From: an uncultured Acidobacteriota bacterium
Lineage (GTDB): Bacteria > Acidobacteriota > Thermoanaerobaculia > Multivoradales > JAHEKO01
Direction: 5' to 3'
Assembly: GCA_963713825.1 (NCBI GenBank)
Contig: CAVQNG010000019.1
Location: 1-32,962 of the forward strand
Length of the DNA stretch: 32,962 nt
Part shown: piece by piece, positions 17,963 to 26,750 of the stretch
Layout of the letters: the number at the start of each line of letters is the position of its first letter
How positions within the stretch are numbered: position 1 is the first letter of the stretch
Program-made: the position numbers and the translations under genes
The notes under the pieces: model-generated
What the model was told of the DNA's origin: nothing
Seen by the model: only the letters and a program-made list of their open reading frames with translations
Database searches by the model: none

Positions 17963-19654
17963 CTACGGTTGTGATGTCGGCTGAGGCTCGTACTTCAAAG
18001 GGTGGAGCGAGATTTTTCGATCCTTATACTCCGACTCGTAGATCGCGGATTCCAAATGCACCTGCGCATCGGCCATTAGTGCATCGCGGTAATTTCTCAT
18101 CCCGTAGGTGTCACTGAGAAGGAGATATTCGGGCTTGACGAGTTTCACCCTGTTTGGAGCGTTGAAAACCTCGTTCATGTAGAGCGTTTTGATCTCCGTT
18201 CCGACCGAGAAGATCGGTGCCCAATCGCCTCCGATCGAGGCTCCGCGGGGCAGCAACTGGCCTATCTCTCGGGAAACTCGGTCTCGCTCCAGGCTCGGGC
18301 TCGTCAGGGCCAGATAAACGGCTGTTGCATTGATTAGCAAGCTCGACAGCAAGAGGCCAAGGACTACGAGACTCGCCATTCTCTTCCTGAATATAAAGCT
18401 CAACGCCGGTGTGAAGACAATCAGGAGGGCTGCAGCCGCAGCTATCAGAAGTACCTGTGTGAATCGCAGCGGTGCCACGTACGAGGGATCAGCGTGTTGC
18501 TCTGGAATGATCCAACCCAATACGAGACGATTGAAGGCGAGACCGACCGCAACTAGGGCGACCAACAGCATTGCACCGCTGGCGATCGGTGCCAGCTTCT
18601 GATTCCGGCTTCCTAGCCCATGCTCCGCTGGTGCCGCTTCAAGCCATTCAAGAACCAGCAGAATGTAGACCGGCAGAATTGGCACGTAGTATCGGAGGGG
18701 GTTGTAGCTGAATAGGCTGAGCATCAGTGGGCCCAGTACGCATACGGTGACAAGCGAAAGGCGGTAAGAACTCGAAAGGAAGTTGCGCCAGTCGTCGTAC
18801 AGACCCTGTCCGACTGCGAGGAAAGTAGCCGCCACCAGGACCGGGTGAGCCCAGGCCGCGGGGCTGGCAAGAGACTCTCTGAGGATGCGTGCGAAGTCCC
18901 AATCGAGGCGAGGCGCCCAGAAGTCGAAGAAGTAGATGAGAAGTGCGCCAAAGATCGCAATCGACGAGAAGAGGACTACCTGCCTTTGAACTCGGTTTGG
19001 CAGGCGGACTACAGAAACCAGACCCACAGCCGCCATGACAGGCAGGAAGTAGAGAAGCGCAGAGGCCTTGATGCCGAAGGCGCCGACCAGAAGGCACAGC
19101 AAGACTACTGCTAGAGACAGAATTGGATTCTCTTTCGACAGCTTCTTGAGCGTCAGGAGTGCCACGAGAAGCAAGAAGGCAATCGGAATTTCGAAAATCG
19201 CAAGTCGTGAGAACGCGAACAGCGTCAAATTCGTTCCCAGGAGCAGCAGCCCGAAGTAGACAGTGCTGGGGCGGTAGGCGCCCGAGGTCGCCCAAAGAAA
19301 GATCAGAAGCATCGCGAGAAACCAAAACACGGTGACCAGCCGAGCGTTTCCGATCTCCTGGCCCAAGATGCGAAACGCTGCCAGAAAACTGAGCTGTGTT
19401 ATCAGGCTCCGGGGCAGCCAACCGGGGTAGTCGTCCTCAGGGTTCCAGTGGGTCTTGCCAAACAGGGCGAGGTTACGAGCGTCCAGAGTCTTGTAGCCCT
19501 CGTCGACAAAGGGGCCGAAGCTTTCCGTCCAAAGTGAGTTTGGCGGATCCGCATTCAGGTGGACCAGTCGAAGTCCGATGAGTGCCAAGACCAGGAGAAG
19601 TCCGGCGATCATGACGCTCCGTCCTCCTCTACGATAGCCGCTGGGTGTTGTCAT
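17963..19654 (-). CDS. GT-C (PMT/ArnT-like) membrane glycosyltransferase, 563 aa from ATG 19654; in frame with the upstream GT4
   Basis: LRLVHLNADPP...FVDEGY..DARN.ALFG loop, SRLAIFE, KAS, PLRYYVP, many TMs. Confidence 0.72.
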   Translation of the reverse strand: MTTPSGYRRGGRSVMIAGLLLVLALIGLRLVHLNADPPNSLWTESFGPFVDEGYKTLDARNLALFGKTHWNPEDDYPGWLPRSLITQLSFLAAFRILGQEIGNARLVTVFWFLAMLLIFLWATSGAYRPSTVYFGLLLLGTNLTLFAFSRLAIFEIPIAFLLLVALLTLKKLSKENPILSLAVVLLCLLVGAFGIKASALLYFLPVMAAVGLVSVVRLPNRVQRQVVLFSSIAIFGALLIYFFDFWAPRLDWDFARILRESLASPAAWAHPVLVAATFLAVGQGLYDDWRNFLSSSYRLSLVTVCVLGPLMLSLFSYNPLRYYVPILPVYILLVLEWLEAAPAEHGLGSRNQKLAPIASGAMLLVALVAVGLAFNRLVLGWIIPEQHADPSYVAPLRFTQVLLIAAAAALLIVFTPALSFIFRKRMASLVVLGLLLSSLLINATAVYLALTSPSLERDRVSREIGQLLPRGASIGGDWAPIFSVGTEIKTLYMNEVFNAPNRVKLVKPEYLLLSDTYGMRNYRDALMADAQVHLESAIYESEYKDRKISLHPLKYEPQPTSQP

Positions 19655-20912
19655 AGCCTCTGCAGGTTTAGTGCTTCGAACCACTGTGATGGTCGGGCTT
19701 TCTTGTGAGTACGGCGATCCTACCTTAGGTTGGTTCGTACGCCTTGGTTGGAGCACTCCAGAGTAGAGCTCCTCATAGCGAGCAGTGATCTGGTCGAGGT
19801 CGAACCTCTCGACTACACGCTGGCGCCCTCGTTCAGCGATCTGCCGTCGGACCGTCTTGTCGTCGATAAGCCGCGCCACAGCTCCTGCCAAGGAATCTGC
19901 TCGGCCCGAGGGCACGAGGATTCCTGACCGGCCATCTTCGATGATCTCAGGTACCCCACCTACGGCGGTGGCGACAACGGGACGCTGAGAAGCCATCGCC
20001 TCGAGCACCACGCCTGGAGAGCCTTCACGTCGTGAGGACAACACAAATACGTCGCAGGCCGAGTACAGCGCAGACATATCCTCTTGAAGTCCGAGCAGCT
20101 GAATGCGGTCCTCGAGGCCCGTCTCCCTGATCTGACTCTGGAGAGAGTCCTGTTCAGGGCCCTCTCCTGCGATCAAGACCTTCGTGTTCCTTCCCGACTC
20201 TACGAGGATCTTCGCGCTCTCGATCAAAATGTCGAAGCCCTTGACCTTGGTGAGGCGACCAGCGGCACCGATGATGGGCTCGGTCGAACCCGGGTCTGGC
20301 TCGAAGCCGAAAGAACCGCCGGGCCTCATCTCGATCTGTCGGGTGAAATCGCCTCGTGTCGACGCCGTTCGGGATCACGACGATTTGTTCGGAGGGGACG
20401 CCCTCGGAATGAGTCATGTAGTTGCTCACGGCTTCCGAGACCGCGACCACACGATCCGAGAGCCGGTGCGACTGCCGAGTCATGAGAACGGGGAGGGTCC
20501 CGGCCAGCGGCGCCAAGCTGTGCTGGCTGGTAACGATTCTCGGCATGTTCTGGCTCATCTGTACTGCCATCGAGGCCAGAACGTTGGCCCGGTAGAGGGA
20601 AGTCTGCACTAGATCGATCGACTGATCTCGAAACAGCCTCCTTAGTTGCGACCATGCTCGAATCATTTCGGTGGCATGAGGTCGCTCCGACATCTCGAGG
20701 GACAAGACCGGAACTCCGCTGGCTTCGACCTCTCTCGCCATAGTGCCTGAAGCTCTAAGCGAACAGAGGAGCGGCTCGAACCGACTCCGGTCGAGGCGTA
20801 GGATGAGCTCCTTGAAGAGGTTCTCAGCTCCTCCTGTGCCGCTGCTGGTGATCAGGAAAAGGACGCGGTAGGGAGTTGTCACGCAGAGTTCCAAGGTCGA
20901 GGTCGCGGTCAA
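19655..20912 (-). CDS. GT4 glycosyltransferase, frameshifted at about 20310-20312, with no stop codon of its own
   Basis: ORF 20912 (TTG) has RVLFLI...GGAE and VIPNGVD. ORF 20329 has AGRLTKVKG, EGSPGVVLEAMA and YEELY. Deleting one T in ttctttcggc gives EARRFFGFEPD. Confidence 0.85.
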
Positions 20913-21024
20913 TTCCCAACCTCGGGCAGGATCGAGGCTATTTTCTCATGGGCGTGCAAGGCTCACAATGGAATCGGTGTTGGACGTCCGCCGAAACAGG
21001 GGCGCGTTTGATAGTGTCCGCTCC

Positions 21025-22132
21025 ATGTCGCAGACCCCGGAGTCGGTTGTGAGGATTGCTGCATTGGGGGACCTCATGCTGGCTGGTGAATGGACCGGGT
21101 ATCAGGAGCAACGCCGGCTCGAAGAGGCACTCGGAGACCTGGCACACCTGCGGAAGAGACGTCGATCTGCTTTTCGCCAATCTGGAAGTTACTCTTCCCG
21201 GCAGTGATGGAGAGATCAGGAAGCAGCCTCGACTTGTGGGTTCTCCGAAGGCGATCGACGAGGCTCTTCGAATCCTCGAAGTCGATCTCCTGAATCTGTC
21301 GAACAATCACGCCTTCGACTGCTTCGACTCGGGATTTCAAGCTGTCTGTGATCTGCTGCGGGCTAAGAAACTGGGTTTCCTCGGTGCTGGGACTGACGAG
21401 GCGAGTGCCTCCCGCTACCTGGTCTTGGAGCGAAATGGCATCAGGCTGGGCTGGCTGGCGTATACCGCAGTGGATACTATGCCCTCGCATGTGGCGGGTG
21501 CGGACCGCTACGGCGTGAACGCTTTTTCCCTCGAGAAAGCTCTGGCAGACATCGAGACCTTGAGGTCAGAGGTTCATCACGTATTGGTGTCGGTCCACTG
21601 GGGCGTCGAGTTCTCTAATCTGCCCTCCCCAGAGCAGGTGCGGCAGGCACGGCGCATGATCGAGGCAGGCGCCACGGCTGTTCTGGGCCATCATGCCCAT
21701 GTGGTTCAGGGCGTCGAGGGGTACCAGGATGGTGTCATCGTTTACAACCTTGGCAATGCTGCGACCACCGACCTCGAGATCGATGGCAAGCTGGCGATCC
21801 GCCAGACCGAGCGGTCCCGGAGCTCATTTGTCGTCGAGTTGACTCTGTCAAAGTCGAAGCTGCTCGGGTTTGAGACCCGAGCTTTCCGGTTCACGGACGG
21901 TAGGGTTACTCTGGGTGACATTGTCGCCCAGCGCTATTTGGATCGGGCGAACGCTGCGATTCGCAACGGCGTGAGTGAAGCTCAATGGCGTCGTCGACGT
22001 CTGATCGAAGATGTTCTGCTGCGATCTGCCCGCAAGCTCAATCCTCGGGTTATCAGGAGCGTAAGACCGGCCCATGTCGCCAAGGTGTTCCGGAATCTGG
22101 CCCGCGCATTCAAGGGCCAGGGGCCGGCATAG
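21025..22132 (+). CDS. CapA/PGA_cap-family metallophosphoesterase, about 368 aa, frameshifted at about 21151-21157
   Basis: RIAALGDLML in the 20968 ORF frame; ANLE, LSNNHAFD, VHWGVE, GHHAHVVQ and YNLGN in the 21056 ORF frame. One extra base separates them. Confidence 0.88.
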
Positions 22133-22138
22133 TCGAGC

Positions 22139-23623
22139 ATGACAAGCGATCTCAGGTCCGATTTTCGTCGTCTCGGCTCCTCGGTAGGAGTCTACGCAAC
22201 CGCGTCTGTGGCCCAGAAGGGTCTGGCGTTTCTGCTCATCCCCATCTATACGCGGTTCATCAAGCCGGACGAGTACGGTGTACTCGAGCTCCTGACGGCG
22301 TTCTCAACGGTCGCCTTCGGGCTCCTGGCGCTGGGGCTTCCAGCGGCGATCATGAAGTGCTACCACCGGGATGCGGATTCAGCGACAGGTAGAGCGCGAA
22401 TCCTTAGTACGGCCAATCTCATCGGTGTACCCGTGCTGGTTGTCGGAACTTCTTTGCTCTTTTTCTCAGCAGAGCCCCTCAGCCGATTGTTGTTTGGAAG
22501 CGGAGAGGCCGCGGATCTGGTCCGGATCATGGTCCTGAGTGGGTTGTTTTCGACCGTCAACGCCCTGATGCTTGCCGGCCTGCGAGCGGAAGAGCGAGCC
22601 ACCGCTTACAGCACAGTGGTCTTTGTTCAGTTTCTTACGGCCATGGTCTTGAATATCCTGTTTGTAGTTCGTTTCGCCATGGGTGTACAAGGAGTTTTGC
22701 TAGGGAACTTGATCTCCCACATTGTGGCGCTTCCTGCCGCTATCTGGCTCGCTTCCAGGCGGTCCGAGTTGGCAGTCGAGCTCGAGCTGACCAAGCCGCT
22801 CTTGACCTTCGGCCTCTTGATGGTTCCGGGAGTCCTGACAGGATGGATCAACAATCTGTCCGATCGGTACATCCTCAATCTCTTCAGCCAGCTCGATGAA
22901 GTCGCCGTCTACGGTATTGGCTACAAGTTCGGTATGGTGATCCAGTTCCTGATCGTATGGCCGTTTCAGTTGGCGTGGCCCGCATTGGCCTTCTCGATCA
23001 GCAACCGACCCGGCCACAAGGCGACCTATGCCAGAGCACTGACCTACCTGGCGGCTGCCCTGGCGGGCGCTGTTGTGGCGCTATCGGTCCTCAGTCGAGC
23101 TGTCGTTCCAGTCGTGGTCGGTGAGGGCTATGAGCAGGCATACAGGGTCGTGCCGCTCGTGGCCCTGGGCTATGCTTTCACCGGGATCTTCTTCTGCCTC
23201 AACCCTGGGGTTCACATAGCCGGGAAGACCAGGTACTTCCCAATGCTCTCAGGCTTGACTGCATCTCTGAATATTGCCCTCAATTTCCTGCTCATCCCTC
23301 ATTACGGCATGATGGGAGCTGCTGTAGCCACGACGGTCTCTTTCTTCATCTCTGCACTCGGAGCATGGTTGCTCGCGCAACGGTTCTACCCGGTGGATTA
23401 CGAATACTCGCGCCTCTTCAAGATTGTCCTTGCAGGCTCGGCGTCGTACGGCACTGCTCTGGTGATGCCACCGGCGGCCACACCCGTGGGGATCGCCTGG
23501 TACTTGTTCTGGGGCCTCGTCGCCTTCCCCCTGCTGCTGCTCCTCCTCGGTTTCTTCCAGGGAGCGGAGCTGGCCGCGGTGAAGCAGGCTTTGAGAGGCC
23601 GCTTCTCTAGAAGCGGAGGTTAG
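22139..23623 (+). CDS. wzx: Oligosaccharide flippase (Wzx-like, MOP superfamily)
   Basis: FLLIPIYTR...EYG, SDRYIL...VAVYGIGYK, LNFLLIPHYGMMGAAVAT, 12-14 TMs. Confidence 0.88.
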   Translation: MTSDLRSDFRRLGSSVGVYATASVAQKGLAFLLIPIYTRFIKPDEYGVLELLTAFSTVAFGLLALGLPAAIMKCYHRDADSATGRARILSTANLIGVPVLVVGTSLLFFSAEPLSRLLFGSGEAADLVRIMVLSGLFSTVNALMLAGLRAEERATAYSTVVFVQFLTAMVLNILFVVRFAMGVQGVLLGNLISHIVALPAAIWLASRRSELAVELELTKPLLTFGLLMVPGVLTGWINNLSDRYILNLFSQLDEVAVYGIGYKFGMVIQFLIVWPFQLAWPALAFSISNRPGHKATYARALTYLAAALAGAVVALSVLSRAVVPVVVGEGYEQAYRVVPLVALGYAFTGIFFCLNPGVHIAGKTRYFPMLSGLTASLNIALNFLLIPHYGMMGAAVATTVSFFISALGAWLLAQRFYPVDYEYSRLFKIVLAGSASYGTALVMPPAATPVGIAWYLFWGLVAFPLLLLLLGFFQGAELAAVKQALRGRFSRSGG

Positions 23624-24645
23624 AGAACAGCCGCCTGGCTCGTTCGTCGAACAGTCCAGACAATCGGGCATCGATGACCCAGGTCGGGTCGCTGCCAATC
23701 CCGATCCGGCGAAGCTCCAACGAGTCACATCCGGGCCGATTCGAGCCCTTTTGGGTGGTGCAGGCCGACTGGAAGTCGGCTTGGCTCAGGATCTCCATGG
23801 TGTCTTGTGTGTAGTCTCGGGCAGAGCCGTTCGGATAGGCAAAGCTCGTCGGCAGGACTCCCGTTTCTTCCTGGATGCGCTGGCGCGAGAGCAGGACCTC
23901 CGATTGCTGTTCCTCTCGGGACAGAAGGGAGAGGATCGGGTGGGTGACCGTATGCCCACCGAATTCGATGCCACCCTTTTGCATCGTCCTAACCTGCTCC
24001 CAGGTGAGAGGCTTTGCCCTGGGAGCCAGCTCCAGGCGTGACTTCTCGAGCTTCTCGAGCAGAGAGCTGCGATCTGCTGGATTCAAGTACTTGAACCGTT
24101 GTACGAGGCTCTCGGGATCTCGCTTCTGAGGCCAGCTTCCATAGAGGGTGAATAGGGCTTCGCGAGCCTCATCTGAAAGCGAAGAAGGCGAGGTCTGAGC
24201 TGAGGCCAGGCATCGCCTCGCCAGATCGAACCAAAGCTCCTGACCATCGAGAAAGCCTGTCGTCAGGAAGATCGTTGCAGGTGCGCCTTCCGTCTTCAAG
24301 ACGGGCCAGGCTCCGGTGAAATTCCCCTCGTAGCCGTCGTCGAAGGTCAGGACGACTAGATCGTGGTCGAGCTCTGCATCTGAAGCCAGTCGCTCAATGG
24401 CCTGCTCGAGAGTTCCTATCTGGAACTGCTTCTTTAGCCATTGGACATGACCACGAAATCGAGCTTGCGAGATTGTTCCTTCGAACTCGGAGCCGTCCGG
24501 AGATACATCGTGGTATTCCAAGGATGAAGACTCGATGATCTCGCCTTCGCAGGCGTCTTGCTTTGAGCGTCCGTGTCAGCCCTGAGCCAGCTGCAAGAAG
24601 AGCTGCGGAGTGGAGAGCGACACGGCGAAGAAGGGGAGCGGTCAT
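23607..24645 (-). CDS. Polysaccharide deacetylase (CE4/NodB), about 345 aa, frameshifted at about 24518-24523
   Basis: LTFDDGY, FGGHTVTHPIL, FAYPNG. ORF 24645 (ATGA overlap with the GT4 stop) joins as HRVFILEYHDV after removing one base. Confidence 0.88.
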
Positions 24646-25823
24646 GAAACTCGCATGGCCTGGTGGGAGTGACTTTCAATCGCTCTCTCACAAGCATCAA
24701 TGACTCGGGCTGCGTTGTGGGACCACGACAGGGACTCCTGAGCGCGCCGATGCGCGGACCGGCCAAGCTGCTGACGGAGCCCGGGATCGTCCACCAGCTT
24801 GATGACTGAGGCGGCAAGGTCTTCGGCCTGGCCACGACGGAAGAGCAGACCCTCCTTGCCCGATTCGATCACCTCACAGAGGGGGCCGTAGTCCGGGGCG
24901 ACGATGGCTCTTCCCGCTGCCATCCACTCGATCACTTTCAGGGGTGAGCCATAAAAGTTGGACTCCGGCATTACAGCTACGTCGATCAATGCAGTGATTC
25001 CTGGGATTCTCTCGTGAGGAACCCGACCGGTGAAATGAACTCGGCTAGCGAGGGAGTGGAGTTGCTCCTCGACTTCCTTCCTCCCTGGTCCATCGCCTAC
25101 TAGGAGAAACCGGCTCTCAGGTCTAGCCTTGGCGACTTGCAGCACCATCTCGCGAAGCAGTTCTGGGCCATGCCATTTCTCGAACGAACCGACAAAGCCG
25201 ACTATTGGACCTCCGCTGATTCTTGAGGCAATCTCAGGATCGGGCGAAGTCTGGGGCTTGAATCGATCCAAGTCTGCTCCATTCGGCACTACAGAGAATT
25301 TGTCCACCGCAACATCGTGTAGGTCGACAAAGTGGTCTCTCAAGACACTCGAGACAGTCGTGATCTGATCTGCTGCTCTGAGCTTCCACTTCTCGATCCA
25401 ACTGGTGACCAGAGGAACATGAAGGTATTGATCGAAGTAGATGCGGGACTCTGAAGAAGGCGAATTGACCTCCAGGACGGCTGGAAGCCCGAGTCCCCGG
25501 CTGACGAGCAACGGCGTGAAGGCAAAGAAATCACTTCGGAGCAATACCACGTCGGGTCGGTGGTGGAGAATTTCAGACCGCACTCGCTTCAGGTTCTGGA
25601 GGTTCTGAAGTACTTCCTTCGGTTCATGGAGAAGATAGCTCAGCAATCTGGGTTTTCCGTTCCCGGGCTTGTGAGCGTGCGGGGCCTTGGGAAGCTCTTG
25701 TTGGGAGTTCAGTGAAAGCTCAGTCACCTCGTGCCCGAGGTCTTCAGCAGCAGAAGTGAACTGCAGCACGTGATTCATGGCAGTGTCGCTTCTGCAAAGG
25801 TGATGAATGTAGGTAATATGCAT
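24642..25823 (-). CDS. GT4 glycosyltransferase
   Basis: LEVNSP, VVPNGAD, GFVGSFEKWHG, YGSPLKVIEWMAAG. Confidence 0.92.
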   Translation of the reverse strand: MHITYIHHLCRSDTAMNHVLQFTSAAEDLGHEVTELSLNSQQELPKAPHAHKPGNGKPRLLSYLLHEPKEVLQNLQNLKRVRSEILHHRPDVVLLRSDFFAFTPLLVSRGLGLPAVLEVNSPSSESRIYFDQYLHVPLVTSWIEKWKLRAADQITTVSSVLRDHFVDLHDVAVDKFSVVPNGADLDRFKPQTSPDPEIASRISGGPIVGFVGSFEKWHGPELLREMVLQVAKARPESRFLLVGDGPGRKEVEEQLHSLASRVHFTGRVPHERIPGITALIDVAVMPESNFYGSPLKVIEWMAAGRAIVAPDYGPLCEVIESGKEGLLFRRGQAEDLAASVIKLVDDPGLRQQLGRSAHRRAQESLSWSHNAARVIDACERAIESHSHQAMRVS

Positions 25824-25877
25824 GGGTGGTTCTGGGACACTGGTGTGAGTAGAGAGCTTCAGCAGGCCGGCTATCGA

Positions 25878-26432
25878 TCAGACAATATAGCCAATACCAT
25901 CGTTCATTCGGCTGTTCATTTCGGCCTTCATCTCTGCTGTGGGTAGATTCTTGTCGGTGTATTCCTCTCCGAAACATGGGACTCTTGCGATTTCCTCTTT
26001 CCGTCTCGAAAGGTAATCATCGAGACTGCAGATGACCTTTGCTGGGTTTCCCGCGGCTGCGACTCCGGTTGGGATGTTCCGTGAGACCACACTCCCAGCA
26101 CCAATGACCACGTCGCTGCCGATGGTCACGCCAGGGAGCACGATCGACGACGCGCCGATGAAGACACGATCCCCGATCTCGACCTTTCCGATACGCGTCA
26201 GGCCAAGGTGCTTCTTGGTGCTAGCGTCGTGAGCGAGAATGTGGACGCGCGGAGCAAGGGTCACATCATCACCTATCGAGATGTGCCAGCAGTGACTCCA
26301 GTCGATGTCGACTCCGTATTGGATATTGGGGCGCTTCCCAATGGTGAGCCCTCTCTTCTTCAGCGCTTGGACTGAATCTGGCTTGAGGAACTTTCTGTAG
26401 AATCTTCGCAGTACCGCGTCAATTGAGCGCAT
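25878..26432 (-). CDS. Hexapeptide-repeat (left-handed beta-helix) O-acyltransferase
   Basis: ISIGDDV, VEIGDRVFIGASSIVLPGVTIGSDVVIGAGSVV, AGNPAKVI. Confidence 0.92.
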   Translation of the reverse strand: MRSIDAVLRRFYRKFLKPDSVQALKKRGLTIGKRPNIQYGVDIDWSHCWHISIGDDVTLAPRVHILAHDASTKKHLGLTRIGKVEIGDRVFIGASSIVLPGVTIGSDVVIGAGSVVSRNIPTGVAAAGNPAKVICSLDDYLSRRKEEIARVPCFGEEYTDKNLPTAEMKAEMNSRMNDGIGYIV

Positions 26433-26750
26433 TCATGACTCCCGGTTCAGTACCATCCTGGGCCCCCTTTTTGTGCAGCCTCGAATAGGGCTCTTGAGAG
26501 TCCGTTTCAGGGGGCCACCTCAAGCCTTTTCACTATGCCAGGGGCGAGCAGGCAGATTCTCTGCCCTGGTGTTGGTCGGGCAACCTAACTCCACGGTTCG
26601 AGTCGGATCCACAGACATTGAGGCAGAGGCCTAGGCTCCGCAACAGATAACTACCGCCTATTGCCTCATCTCACCGAAGAGATCCGAAGCGGGCGCACTT
26701 AGGTTATAGGCGCCTTGGATGCGCCGCAAGTGGGAGTAGTCTCGGGATCT

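Noticed and set aside
21025-22132. Poly-gamma-glutamate capsule operon
   Set aside because: Only a CapA-family domain is present; there is no capB/capC and no membrane anchor.
26651-26658. ops/JUMPstart element as a firm feature
   Set aside because: GGCGGTAG also occurs inside coding regions (about 6797, 17473, 19270) and the downstream TG of the consensus is missing; kept only as a weak note.
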